From Psychrobium sp. (GTDB lineage Bacteria > Pseudomonadota > Gammaproteobacteria > Enterobacterales > Psychrobiaceae), in the NCBI GenBank assembly GCA_013214905.1, contig JABSRV010000006.1, forward strand, positions 1 through 59,310: a stretch of DNA of 59,310 nt. The letters run 5' to 3'. This document shows positions 16,712 to 26,952 of this stretch, piece by piece; the stretch's first letter is position 1, and the number at the start of each line of letters is the position of its first letter. A model generated the notes under the pieces. That model did not search any database. It had not been told where the DNA came from and saw only the letters and a list, made by a program, of their open reading frames with translations. The translations under genes were made by a program, and so were the position numbers.

Positions 16712-18277
16712 ATGATGATTGTCGAACTAACCCTGAACATGACTTTTATTATTCACCATTTAGCCCTTGGTGTATTAATTGGTGGCTCGGTATGGCTGGT
16801 CTTTATGTTACCGCTGAACATATCGGCCGAGTCAAAATCACGGATGTGGTTGGTCAGTTATTTGCTCATTACGCTATTGCCATTTATTGTTTTTTTCGCG
16901 CCGTCGCCGCCACAATACCAAGCCACGGCAACGGCCCCGATCATTGAGCAAGCAGACAAGTCTTTATTGTCGGTGCAAGTCGTACCCAATGCACTAAGTC
17001 GTGATGGTCAAGCAAAACCATCATTTTGGCATGTACCGCAAGACATCGTTTATAACTTCTCGTCGTTATTGCTCACACTGCTAGCGCTATGGATGCTGGG
17101 AATTGTTTGGCGTTTTATCTCTTGGGCACGAAAAATAGTCAACAGTCATTTATTAGCTAAATCATTGCGAAAAGTCGTGTCCATTAAGCTTAGCCATAAT
17201 CAGCAAACCGTAGATATTTGGTTATCAACCAAAAATTCATCGCCAATGGTGATAGGCATTGTGCAGTCAAAAATAGTATTGCCGCAGCCGCTTTATGACA
17301 CATTATCTAATGCGCAATTACAGCATATTATATTGCACGAAATGGCGCATATAGATCGCAAAGATTTGGTGCTTGGCGCCATACAAGAGCTTATCGCTAT
17401 TACGTTTTGGTGGAGCCCTATTCTGCGCCCACTCAATAAACACCTATCACTCACCAGAGAGCTGGCCTGTGATATACGGGCGGCGAGGCAAAGCCGCGAC
17501 AACTTAGGCTATGCGCAAACCCTAATTGATTGCGCAAAGTTAATGTTTAACAGCCAAAAAAACGTATTGGCGATGGGACTATTTAGTAAGAAAAAAGATC
17601 TCACGGTGCGCATCAATGAAATTATTGGCCTTGAGAAATCAGCGATATTCTCGTCGATACCCTCCTTAATAAGCTGCGCCTTGTTAGTGTTTTCCAGCGT
17701 TAGCTTCGCTAGTTCGTTTGCACCAAAAATTGATATACCCAGTATTAAATTGGCCTCAAATTTGTTTTTACGTCAATCGGTGCTGGATTCAGAACGGTTA
17801 ATTAAAGCTGTATACAATAACCAATTTGAGATCATAGAGCAGATGATCAACCAAGGTATGAATATTGATGTCGCAGTGATTGGTGACGGCACCGCGCTGA
17901 TTATGGCTGTGCGAGCTGGCAATATGGAGATGGTTGATAAGTTAATCGCTATGGGAGCCAATGTTAATCAGCCGTCGATGGGTGATGGTAATCCATTAAT
18001 TTTGGCGGCTAAAAAAGGTCGTTTGAACATGGTTAAGCAGTTGCTTAAAGAAGGGGCTGACATTGATGATCAAGTAGCTGGTGATGAAACTGCGTTAATC
18101 AATGCGAGCGAGCGTGGCAAGTTGGCGGTGGTTAAATATTTGGTCGCCCAAGGCGCTGACGTTAACTTAACTATTGCGGTTAATACTCAGCAAGGTGTTG
18201 AAATGCGTTCTCCACTGAGTCGCGCATCAACAACAGCCGTTAAAGATTTTTTGATTAGCCAAGGCGCTAGTTTATAG
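16712..18277 (+). CDS. BlaR1/M56-family membrane metallopeptidase with C-terminal ankyrin repeats
   Basis: TM helices; SPMVIG, HEMAH zinc motif, RELACD; ankyrin repeats GTALIMAV, GNPLILAA, ETALINAS. Confidence 0.88.
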   Translation: MMIVELTLNMTFIIHHLALGVLIGGSVWLVFMLPLNISAESKSRMWLVSYLLITLLPFIVFFAPSPPQYQATATAPIIEQADKSLLSVQVVPNALSRDGQAKPSFWHVPQDIVYNFSSLLLTLLALWMLGIVWRFISWARKIVNSHLLAKSLRKVVSIKLSHNQQTVDIWLSTKNSSPMVIGIVQSKIVLPQPLYDTLSNAQLQHIILHEMAHIDRKDLVLGAIQELIAITFWWSPILRPLNKHLSLTRELACDIRAARQSRDNLGYAQTLIDCAKLMFNSQKNVLAMGLFSKKKDLTVRINEIIGLEKSAIFSSIPSLISCALLVFSSVSFASSFAPKIDIPSIKLASNLFLRQSVLDSERLIKAVYNNQFEIIEQMINQGMNIDVAVIGDGTALIMAVRAGNMEMVDKLIAMGANVNQPSMGDGNPLILAAKKGRLNMVKQLLKEGADIDDQVAGDETALINASERGKLAVVKYLVAQGADVNLTIAVNTQQGVEMRSPLSRASTTAVKDFLISQGASL

Positions 18278-18309
18278 CGCTGATAGTAACTTATATGTCT
18301 CCGCATTTT

Positions 18310-18343
18310 AACGTGGGCATCAATCGTGATTGATGCCTACGTT
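18310..18343 (+). terminator. Hairpin/terminator between the M56 gene and dnaB
   Basis: AACGTGGGCATCAATC-GT-GATTGATGCCTACGTT stem followed by a T-rich run. Confidence 0.55.
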
Positions 18344-18415
18344 TGTTTAATCAATCATTGCTTAAATTACCAAGTAGACGATAATGGGTCATTAGATTTT
18401 TGACAGTGATGTTCC

Positions 18416-19831
18416 ATGGCGCAGCAACCATTCAAACCCCGAAAAAGTAAATTCCCAACTACCGATGCTCAACTTGAAGCGTTAAAGGTTCCACCACATT
18501 CATTAGAAGCCGAACAATCGGTTTTAGGTGGCCTGATGCTTGATAATGAGGCGTGGGATAAAGTCTCCGAGTTGGTGGTTGCCGACGATTTTTATCGTAA
18601 AGATCATCGGATCATTTTCCGCTTTATGCAGGAACTTATCGAACACGGCAATCCTATCGATTTAGTGACCTTGTCTGAAGCGCTCGATCGTGAAAACGAG
18701 TTAGATGGTGTTGGTGGTTTTGCCTACATTGGTGAAATGGCTAAAAACACGCCAAGTGCGGCGAACATTGGTGCCTATGCGACGATTGTTCGTGAACGCG
18801 CAGTGGTTCGTGACATGATTTGTGTGGCCAATGAAATTGCCGAAGCTGGTTTTGAACCCGAAGGGCGTGATAGCGCACAATTGCTCGACTTTGCCGAAAG
18901 TAAAGTATTTAAAATTGCCGAAAAGCGCACCAATGCCTCGGAAGGACCGCAAGATATTAAGCATATTTTGGCCTCTACGGTGGACAAAATTGAAGAGCTT
19001 TATAATAATCCGCACGATGGGGTCACTGGCATATCCAGTGGTTATGAAGACTTAGATAAAATGACCGCTGGTTTTCAAGATTCAGACTTAATTATCATTG
19101 CGGCACGTCCATCGATGGGTAAAACCACCTTTGCGATGAATATTGCCGAGCATGCAGCAATGAACGAAGATAAACCCGTCATTATTTTTTCCCTAGAGAT
19201 GCCCGCTGAATCGATCATGATGAGAATGCTGGCCTCACTGGGGCGTGTAGATCAAACCAAAATACGTACTGGTCAATTAGAAGATGACGATTGGGCGCGC
19301 GTTTCATCAACCATGGGCTTGTTGTTAGAGCAAGGAAAAATGTACATTGATGACTCGTCGGGTTTAACCCCTACCGAAGTGCGTTCTCGCTCACGACGCA
19401 TTGCTCGTGAGCATGATGGTGTATCAATGATCATGATTGATTACCTGCAATTGATGCAAGTACCCGGATTATCTGAAAACCGTACCCAAGAGATTTCTGA
19501 AATATCTCGCTCATTAAAAGCTTTAGCCAAAGAGTTAAAATGCCCAGTTATTGCGTTGTCTCAGCTAAACCGTAGTTTGGAGCAACGTGCCGATAAACGA
19601 CCAATTAACTCCGATTTACGTGAATCGGGCGCGATTGAGCAAGATGCCGATTTAATCATGTTTATTTACCGTGATGAGGTCTATAACGATGAAAGTCCCG
19701 ATAAAGGCAGCGCTGAAATCATCATTGGTAAGCAACGTAATGGTCCGATTGGTAAGTGTCGTTTAACCTTCCAAGGTCAATTCTCTCGCTTTGATAATTA
19801 TGCAGGGCCTGCATATGACGACGCATATTAG
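18416..19831 (+). CDS. dnaB: Replicative DNA helicase
   Basis: PPHSLEAEQSVLG, AARPSMGKT, IDYLQLM, SDLRESGAIEQDAD. Confidence 0.98.
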   Translation: MAQQPFKPRKSKFPTTDAQLEALKVPPHSLEAEQSVLGGLMLDNEAWDKVSELVVADDFYRKDHRIIFRFMQELIEHGNPIDLVTLSEALDRENELDGVGGFAYIGEMAKNTPSAANIGAYATIVRERAVVRDMICVANEIAEAGFEPEGRDSAQLLDFAESKVFKIAEKRTNASEGPQDIKHILASTVDKIEELYNNPHDGVTGISSGYEDLDKMTAGFQDSDLIIIAARPSMGKTTFAMNIAEHAAMNEDKPVIIFSLEMPAESIMMRMLASLGRVDQTKIRTGQLEDDDWARVSSTMGLLLEQGKMYIDDSSGLTPTEVRSRSRRIAREHDGVSMIMIDYLQLMQVPGLSENRTQEISEISRSLKALAKELKCPVIALSQLNRSLEQRADKRPINSDLRESGAIEQDADLIMFIYRDEVYNDESPDKGSAEIIIGKQRNGPIGKCRLTFQGQFSRFDNYAGPAYDDAY

Positions 19832-19849
19832 CCTGTTTAGAGATCGAAA

Positions 19850-20944
19850 ATGAGCGCAGTTAACGCCGTTATTAGTCGTAGTGCCGTGGTACATAATTAC
19901 CAGCGGATAAAGTCGTTGGCACCCAACAGCAAAGTATTATCGGTATTAAAAGCCAATGCATATGGTCATGGTTTGCTGGAAATGGCCAATATTCTTTCGG
20001 ACAGCGACGCCATTGGTGTTGCTCGTTTAGAAGAAGCATTAGAGTTACGCGCTGGTGGTATCGTAAGGCCAATCTTATTGTTGGAAGGCTTTTTTAAGTC
20101 CAGTGATATAGAAATTTTAATCACCAATAACCTGCAAACAGTGGTGCACAGTCTTGAGCAAATAACCATGTTAGAGCGCTTAGACTTGAGCGCTGAATTA
20201 CAAGGTTTTAGCGCGCTTAAAGTGTGGCTAAAAGTTGATACCGGCATGAACCGTTTAGGTATTAGCGTTGATGATTTCTTGCAAGCCACCCAGCGTTTAA
20301 AAAATATTGATTATGTCGCTAAACCATTAAAATTCATGACCCACTTTGCTTGTGCCGATGATCTTGAAAATGACTTTACCGCGCAACAAGCCGAGCAGTT
20401 TTATCAGTTGGTTGATGGCCAAGTGGGTGAATTAAGCCTCGCTAATTCCGCTGGTATTATCGCGTGGCCGCAAACCCACGCCGATTGGATCCGGCCTGGA
20501 CTGCTGCTTTACGGCTGCTCACCGATTGAAAATAGAATTGGCAAGGACGAAGGCTTTATTGCGGCGATGACCTTAACCAGTAGTGTTATTGCGATTAAAT
20601 CAATCAAAGCCGGTGACAAAGTAGGTTACAGCTCGGCATGGACAACCAAACACGATACCCAGCTTGCCGTTGTTGCTATTGGTTATGGTGATGGTTACCC
20701 AAGACATGCCAAAGACGGCACGCCGGTGTTAATTAACGGTGTACGTTATCCTATTGTTGGACGAGTATCGATGGACATGGTCACTGTAGATTTAGGGAGC
20801 AATCATCAGGTGCAATGTGGTGATAACGTCACCCTGTGGGGACCTGACTTACCGGTAGAAGAAATTGCCAAATTTGCCGATACTATTTGCTATGAACTTA
20901 TCTTGCAGCTGACTTCTCGGGTTAACATTCGCTTTGAAGATTAG
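19850..20944 (+). CDS. alr: Alanine racemase
   Basis: VLKANAYGHG (PLP lysine), KVDTGMNRLG, GYGDGYPR, GRVSMDM; dnaB-alr synteny. Confidence 0.97.
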   Translation: MSAVNAVISRSAVVHNYQRIKSLAPNSKVLSVLKANAYGHGLLEMANILSDSDAIGVARLEEALELRAGGIVRPILLLEGFFKSSDIEILITNNLQTVVHSLEQITMLERLDLSAELQGFSALKVWLKVDTGMNRLGISVDDFLQATQRLKNIDYVAKPLKFMTHFACADDLENDFTAQQAEQFYQLVDGQVGELSLANSAGIIAWPQTHADWIRPGLLLYGCSPIENRIGKDEGFIAAMTLTSSVIAIKSIKAGDKVGYSSAWTTKHDTQLAVVAIGYGDGYPRHAKDGTPVLINGVRYPIVGRVSMDMVTVDLGSNHQVQCGDNVTLWGPDLPVEEIAKFADTICYELILQLTSRVNIRFED

Positions 20945-21117
20945 CGTTTAAATTATTATCAATCTTGCGGTAGCAATATACCGTGATATTATCGATTTAG
21001 TATCACGTTATGTTGATGATTTAAAATATAAACACAATATAAATAACAATGAAATTTAAATGGCAATAAGCGGTCTTATTGTTAGACTAAAATGATAAAA
21101 TTTTTTGAGAGTGAAAT

Positions 21118-21849
21118 ATGAAATTACTAAAGATGTTAATAACATCAGGCGCTATCGCCACATTATCGTTTAATTCCTTGGCGCTTAGCGGTCAAAGCAA
21201 TGATAAACATAACGAATTACGAGCAACATTAAGCAGTAAACTGGGCATGCAAGTAAGCGACATTAAACCTGCTGCGATTGAAGGTCTATTTGAAATAATG
21301 ACCGCCCGTGGTCTTTTTTACAGTTCAAGCGATGGTCGTTATCTTATTCGTGGTCACATTTTTGATACCGATAATAAATTTGCTAATTTGACTGAACAGT
21401 CGATGGCGAAAATGCGTAGCCGTAAACTGGAATCATTTACCGAATCGATGATTAGCTATAAAGCGAAGGATGAAAAACACACAATCACCGTGTTTACAGA
21501 TGTTGATTGTGGTTATTGCCGTAAGTTGCATTCCGAAATGCAGCAATACAATGATCTAGGCATTACCGTTAATTATCTGGCGTTTCCACGTGGTGGTGAA
21601 CGTTCTCCTGCGTGGACAGCCATGCAATCTTTGTGGTGCAGCGCCGATCAACATAAAGCGATGGACGAGCTAAAAGCGGGCGTTAAAATCACTTCAGCGA
21701 CTTGCCCTAACCGAGTACCAGATCATTATCAATTAGGTATTGAATTTGGCGTGACCGGCACACCGGCGATTATCTTAGAAGATGGCACCATGATCCCAGG
21801 ATATCAAGACGCTGCACGTTTGCTTGAGGTATTAAAGCAGAAAAGCTAA
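21118..21849 (+). CDS. dsbC: Periplasmic protein-disulfide isomerase
   Basis: Signal peptide, dimerisation domain, TVFTDVDCGYC, GVTGTP. Confidence 0.93.
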   Translation: MKLLKMLITSGAIATLSFNSLALSGQSNDKHNELRATLSSKLGMQVSDIKPAAIEGLFEIMTARGLFYSSSDGRYLIRGHIFDTDNKFANLTEQSMAKMRSRKLESFTESMISYKAKDEKHTITVFTDVDCGYCRKLHSEMQQYNDLGITVNYLAFPRGGERSPAWTAMQSLWCSADQHKAMDELKAGVKITSATCPNRVPDHYQLGIEFGVTGTPAIILEDGTMIPGYQDAARLLEVLKQKS

Positions 21850-21852
21850 TAG

Positions 21853-22014
21853 TAATAGAAATTACAGTAAATAACTGCACACTTGTACTGGTTAAAACTA
21901 ACGATAACGGCGTTGCTTTCAATCCCAATAGCTAGCTATTGCTCAATCAAGCGCCTTGTTCTCGTTTATTTTACCTTCGCACAACAAGATCACTTACTTA
22001 ATGCAATTGGTATA
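21853..22014. repeat. MITE-like palindromic intergenic element, about 160 bp
   Basis: Imperfect inverted ends (AATTACAGTAAATAACTG versus ...CACTTACTTAATGCAATTGGTATA), nested arms, central palindrome CAATAGCTAGCTATTG at 21926-21941; left end degenerate. Confidence 0.6.
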
Positions 22015-22025
22015 AATTGTAAACT

Positions 22026-22068
22026 AAAAAGCCAGCGAATGAAGTGACCTTCATTCGCTGGCTTTTTT
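22026..22068. terminator. Bidirectional rho-independent terminator between convergent dsbC and sdaA
   Basis: AAAAAGCCAGCGAATGAAG-TGAC-CTTCATTCGCTGGCTTTTTT. Confidence 0.9.
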
Positions 22069-22147
22069 GTATTTGGAACAAACTAACACTTATACAGTTG
22101 TATTAAATTTGCACTACGGCAAAGAGTAGCGATGTTCTAGCCTGAAA

Positions 22148-23506
22148 TTAACAGGCTATTACGTTGATCGCTAAGCCACCTTGTGAGGTTTCTTTGTACT
22201 TGCTCATCATGTCGAGCCCTGTTTGGTGCATAGTGGCAATCACTTCATCAAGATGAACCACATGATCACCGTCAAACTGCAATGCTAACTTACACGCGTT
22301 AATCGCCTTGATAGCGCCCATGGTATTGCGCTCAATGCAGGGTACTTGCACCAAACCATCGATAGGATCACAGGTTAAACCAAGATTATGCTCCATGCCA
22401 ATTTCAGCTGCATTTTCAATTTGCGCTGGTGTGCCGCCCATTGCGGCGGCAAGTCCAGCGGCTGCAATAGAACACGCTACGCCAATCTCACCCTGACAAC
22501 CGACTTCGGCGGCAGAAATTGATGCGTTACGATGATAAAGCAAGCCGATAGCGGCAGCGGTACTTAGGTATACCTCAATGGCTTTTTTGTCATCGGTGCT
22601 GCGACATTTCAGAAACCAAGCTAAGACAGCTGGCAATACACCAGCTGCGCCATTGGTCGGCGCGGTAACAACGCGGCCGCCAGCGGCGTTTTCTTCATTG
22701 ACTGCCATCGCAAACAGGTTAATCCAATCTAGAGTATCAACGTGCTCTGGTGGCAGAGATTTTATGCGCTTATTCATGTCGTAGGCACGACGTTTCAATT
22801 TAATGCTGCCTGGTAAAACACCTTGCTGTTTAATGCCCCGTTCAATACAGGCGGACATGACTTGCCATAGGTGGTCAATTTTTTCGCTGATATTTTCGGT
22901 GCCTAACGCTTTTTCATTGGCGAACATGATTTCGCTGATGCTTAGATCATGCTGCTCGCATAAGGCTAGCAGTTCACGGGCGCTAACATAGGCATAAGGC
23001 AGCTCAATGGCGCTGTCATGAGATAAATCAAATTCATCTTCAGCAACAACAAAACCACCACCAATAGAAAAGTAGCTTTTGCTGAACAACAATTCTTGTT
23101 GCTCGTCATACGCATGAATAGTCATGCCATTAGGGTGTTGTGGCAAAGAATCATAAAAGTTAAAGACAAGGTCATTTTTAGCGTCAAATTTAATCCAATA
23201 CTTACCATCAAGCGCTAACTCACCGCTCTTTGAGACTAGATTAAGGTATTGTTCAATATTTTCGGCTTCAATAGTGCTTGGTGTTTCCCCCATCAAACCT
23301 AAAATACAAGCATTGTCTGTCGCGTGGCCTTTGCCGGTTAAAGCTAGAGAACCATAAAGGTCAACTTTAATACGGCTAACCTTGGTCATTACATCTTGCT
23401 GGCTTAGGTCGCTCAAAAAACGATTTGCAGCAATCATAGGTCCTACCGTATGCGAGCTTGACGGGCCAATACCCACTTTGAATAAATCAAAAATACTATG
23501 TGCCAT
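22148..23506 (-). CDS. sdaA: L-serine dehydratase (Fe-S, single chain)
   Basis: [53 protein letters not shown]. Confidence 0.95.
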   Translation of the reverse strand: MAHSIFDLFKVGIGPSSSHTVGPMIAANRFLSDLSQQDVMTKVSRIKVDLYGSLALTGKGHATDNACILGLMGETPSTIEAENIEQYLNLVSKSGELALDGKYWIKFDAKNDLVFNFYDSLPQHPNGMTIHAYDEQQELLFSKSYFSIGGGFVVAEDEFDLSHDSAIELPYAYVSARELLALCEQHDLSISEIMFANEKALGTENISEKIDHLWQVMSACIERGIKQQGVLPGSIKLKRRAYDMNKRIKSLPPEHVDTLDWINLFAMAVNEENAAGGRVVTAPTNGAAGVLPAVLAWFLKCRSTDDKKAIEVYLSTAAAIGLLYHRNASISAAEVGCQGEIGVACSIAAAGLAAAMGGTPAQIENAAEIGMEHNLGLTCDPIDGLVQVPCIERNTMGAIKAINACKLALQFDGDHVVHLDEVIATMHQTGLDMMSKYKETSQGGLAINVIAC

Positions 23507-24083
23507 TACTCAGACCTCTATTATGTTTGCATGGGGTTTGTGGACAGAATTAAGGATATTAATACGCCGACAAATTTCGCTAAAGATAACAGTGTTTAGT
23601 TTCCTTATCAATACATAAGTTTCTTATTGGAAATTAATACGGACGTTTGAGTTTTTATGTCATATATAGGGATTTTGTTATTCAGTCTACTTTTGCAGCC
23701 GAAATACACGCTAATTTCAATGAAATATTGTGACATTAATTTAAATGGTTTGTGAATAAGTAAGGTAGTCACCTTTATTATTTAATCTTTTTTCAGGGTT
23801 AAACCCACCGAAGTCTATGTAATCAACCGATTTAATGCCGCTGTAAGGCGTTGATTAAATACATTTGAATAAATAATACTTGAATTGTTACGCGTAAATG
23901 ACTAGTTTGTTTCCAATTGGAAATTTATATTTAACAATTAACACTATAAATGTGACGCAGAAGTTAATAGAATATAACGATTACAATTTGGCTCTTTTAA
24001 GCTAATCCGTGATTTTAATTTGATGGTTCCAATGGCTTATCTCGCCAGTAATTAAAATAAATACAATAATGAACGAGGTTTTT

Positions 24084-25487
24084 ATGGAAATATTTAATAG
24101 TATGATCGAATCTGTTAGTGGCGTGATCGGCGTTATTAATGGTTATGTATGGGGCGTGCCGATGTTGGCACTAATCCTTGGTGTGGGTCTATATTTGACC
24201 GTTGGTTTAAAGTTTATGCCTATTTTGAAATTAGGTAAGGGCTTTAGATTATTATGGAGTGGACGCATTCCAGACAAAGATAAGAACGTTAAAGGAGAAA
24301 TTAGTCCTTTTAACGCACTAATGACTTCATTATCAGCGACAATCGGTACTGGTAATATTGCGGGTGTAGCAACCGCTATTTTCCTTGGTGGTCCGGGTGC
24401 ATTATTTTGGATGTGGTGTACGGCATTAGTCGGTATGGCGACTAAGTTTGCTGAAGCCGTATTGGCGGTTCGTTACCGTGAAGTGGATGCCAATGGCAAT
24501 CACAGTGGTGGCCCAATGTACTACATTAAAAATGGCTTATCGAGCAAGTGGGCTTGGCTTGGTACTGCCTTTGCATTCTTTGGTTCAATTGCTGGTTTCG
24601 GTATTGGTAATACGGTACAGGCCAATTCAGTAGCCAACGTAATCGAATCAAATTTTGGTGTAGAGCCAATTATCACCGGTCTTGTGATGATGGTGTTGGT
24701 TGGTCTTGTATTAATGGGCGGCGTTAAACGCATTGGTAACGTAGCAGGAAAGTTAGTGCCATTGATGGCAGCATTCTACATCGCTATGGGAGTCGTGGTA
24801 TTGGTTATTCACGCTGCTGAAATTCCAGCTGCATTTGCATTAATCATTGAAAGTGCTTTTAACCCTGTCGCTGCACAAGGTGGTTTCGCTGGTGCTGCGG
24901 TATGGATGGCTATTCGTTTCGGTGTGGCACGTGGTGTGTTCTCGAACGAAGCCGGTCTAGGTAGTGCACCAATTGCTCACGCTGCTGCGCAAACAAATAA
25001 TCCAGTTGCTCAAGGTTTAGTAGCGATGCTAGGTACGTTTATCGATACCTTAATTGTTTGTTCAATCACTGGTTTGGCTATTATTGTGACGGGTGAGTGG
25101 ACTGGCGGTGAGACTGGTGCTGGATTGACCTCTGCCGCTTTTTCGACAATTCCATACGGTAATTACATTGTAGCTGTTTCGTTATCTGTATTCGCCTTTA
25201 CCACTATTTTGGGTTGGAGTTTTTACGGCGAAAAATGTGTGCAATATCTATTTGGTATCAAAGCAATTATTCCGTTCCGCGTATTATGGATCCTTGTGGT
25301 GCCAGTGGGCGCAGCGGGTTCATTAGAATTCATCTGGTTATTAGCAGATACCATGAATGCCTTGATGGCTATTCCAAACTTAATCGCACTAGGCTTATTA
25401 AGCCCAGTAGTATTCAAGTTAACCAAGGAATATTTTGCCAGTGACGGTGCGGCTCCGGCCTGTATGACAGAAGAAAAGAAAGATTAG
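24084..25487 (+). CDS. Alanine/glycine:cation symporter (AgcS/AlsT family)
   Basis: ATIGTGNIAGVA, GGPGALFWMW, GGPMYYI, RGVFSNEAGLGSAP; GAGG RBS favours ATG 24084. Confidence 0.95.
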   Translation: MEIFNSMIESVSGVIGVINGYVWGVPMLALILGVGLYLTVGLKFMPILKLGKGFRLLWSGRIPDKDKNVKGEISPFNALMTSLSATIGTGNIAGVATAIFLGGPGALFWMWCTALVGMATKFAEAVLAVRYREVDANGNHSGGPMYYIKNGLSSKWAWLGTAFAFFGSIAGFGIGNTVQANSVANVIESNFGVEPIITGLVMMVLVGLVLMGGVKRIGNVAGKLVPLMAAFYIAMGVVVLVIHAAEIPAAFALIIESAFNPVAAQGGFAGAAVWMAIRFGVARGVFSNEAGLGSAPIAHAAAQTNNPVAQGLVAMLGTFIDTLIVCSITGLAIIVTGEWTGGETGAGLTSAAFSTIPYGNYIVAVSLSVFAFTTILGWSFYGEKCVQYLFGIKAIIPFRVLWILVVPVGAAGSLEFIWLLADTMNALMAIPNLIALGLLSPVVFKLTKEYFASDGAAPACMTEEKKD

Positions 25488-25506
25488 TTTCTAACTAACT
25501 CTTTTT

Positions 25507-25539
25507 AAAAAAAGCCGCTTTGTTAAGCGGCTTTTTTTT
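25507..25539 (+). terminator. Rho-independent terminator
   Basis: AAAAAAAGCCGCTT-TGTT-AAGCGGCTTTTTTTT. Confidence 0.9.
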
Positions 25540-25579
25540 GCCTGTAATAAAGTAAATGAACACGATTAAACATAAAAAC

Positions 25580-25611
25580 TTGCGTGTAGGTGTGTTGGTG
25601 ATGTATAACAC
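25580..25611 (+). promoter_or_regulatory. Putative promoter and YtrA-type operator
   Basis: TTGCGT...TATAAC with overlapping GTGTT-N10-AACAC inverted repeat (25592-25611) upstream of the GntR gene. Confidence 0.45.
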
Positions 25612-25645
25612 TGTTATATTATTGAGTAATAACTGGGGAATAAAC

Positions 25646-26026
25646 ATGACGACACAGTGGGATAACGATACGCCAATCTATGTGCAACTGTATCGACAAG
25701 TGATTAGCCGCATTTTAGATGGTTATATTATCGAAGGTGAAGCGTTGCCATCAGTACGTAAGGTGGCTGCGCAATATCAAATTAATCCAATAACTATCTC
25801 TAAGGCTTATCAAATTTTACAAGACGAAGACATTGTCGAGAAACAACGAGGTAAAGGAATGTTCGTTAAGCAGGGCGTCAAAGAATCGTTATTAAAAAGA
25901 GAACGTGAACAATTTATCAATAACGAATGGCCAATGGTATTAGCTAAAATTAATCGCTTAAAACTAGATTTAGATACCTTGTTTTCTACGCAAGCTAATA
26001 ATGCACCAACACAGGAGGCCACATAA
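25646..26026 (+). CDS. GntR-family (YtrA subfamily) regulator
   Basis: PIYVQL, LPSVRKVA, INPITISKAY, RGKGMFV; short C-terminus; heads an ABC operon; ATG 25646 after GGGG RBS. Confidence 0.92.
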   Translation: MTTQWDNDTPIYVQLYRQVISRILDGYIIEGEALPSVRKVAAQYQINPITISKAYQILQDEDIVEKQRGKGMFVKQGVKESLLKREREQFINNEWPMVLAKINRLKLDLDTLFSTQANNAPTQEAT

Positions 26027-26952
26027 TGAGTAGCTTAATAACAATAAATGGTCTTAATAAGTCGTACGGAAAAAAACAAGTACTTAACGACATCAACCTG
26101 ACAATTAGTGCGGGCCAAGTCTTAGGATTAATTGGTCCAAACGGTGCCGGCAAGTCGACATGTTTACAGGCGTTATTGGGGCTCACTAGCTTTGAAGGTG
26201 ACATCGAAGTATTAGGGCACAATCCTAAACATAAGCGTCACTTAATGCTGCAAGACATTGCATACATTAACGATACTGTAGCGTTACCTAAGTGGATCCG
26301 CGTTGACCAAGCCATTGAGTATGTTGGCGGTGTGCATCCAAAGTTTAATCGTCAAAAGGCGTTAGATTTTCTGGCTAAAACCAATGTACCCCTTAATGCG
26401 AAAGTCAGTAAGTTGTCTAAAGGCATGGTCACCCAAGTGCATTTGGCGTTGATATTAGCCATTGACGTTAAAGTGCTCGTGTTAGACGAACCAACCCTGG
26501 GCTTAGATATTCTTACTCGTCGTGAATTTTACAATAATTTGGTTGAAGAGTTTTATGACCAAGAAAAAGCAGTGATTATCACCACTCATCAAATTGAAGA
26601 AATAGAGCATATCCTTACCGATGTCGCGTTTATTAAACAAGGAGAAATCGTTGTTTCAGAGCCTGTAGAACAACTTAAATCTCGTTTTAAGTTGGTTGCA
26701 GTGACTCACGATCAGCAAGCCCAAGCATATGCATTAAAACCATTGGCTGAAAACAAACTAATGGGCATGTCATCGTTCTTATTTGATGGTGTTAGCAGCG
26801 AAAAATTAGCAGGGTTAGGCCACATTAGCACACCAAGTTTGGCGGATGTTTTTACAGGTTTAATGCAAAAACCACTAACGTATACCAGCAGTCATTCGGC
26901 GACGGTATCGCCAATTGAGCCGTCAGTGATCAAAAAGGAGTTAAGCGCATGA
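26026..26952 (+). CDS. ABC transporter ATP-binding protein (YtrB-like)
   Basis: GPNGAGKST, LSKGM, LVLDEPT, H-switch TTHQIEE. Confidence 0.93.
   Translation: MSSLITINGLNKSYGKKQVLNDINLTISAGQVLGLIGPNGAGKSTCLQALLGLTSFEGDIEVLGHNPKHKRHLMLQDIAYINDTVALPKWIRVDQAIEYVGGVHPKFNRQKALDFLAKTNVPLNAKVSKLSKGMVTQVHLALILAIDVKVLVLDEPTLGLDILTRREFYNNLVEEFYDQEKAVIITTHQIEEIEHILTDVAFIKQGEIVVSEPVEQLKSRFKLVAVTHDQQAQAYALKPLAENKLMGMSSFLFDGVSSEKLAGLGHISTPSLADVFTGLMQKPLTYTSSHSATVSPIEPSVIKKELSA

Noticed and set aside
23507-24083. Glycine riboswitch upstream of the AgcS symporter
   Set aside because: No tandem GGAGA...CCGAAG...CTCTCAGG aptamer pattern could be traced; an Rfam scan would settle it
25556-25645. N-terminal extension of the GntR ORF
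   Set aside because: Covers the promoter/operator; the better start with RBS is at 25646
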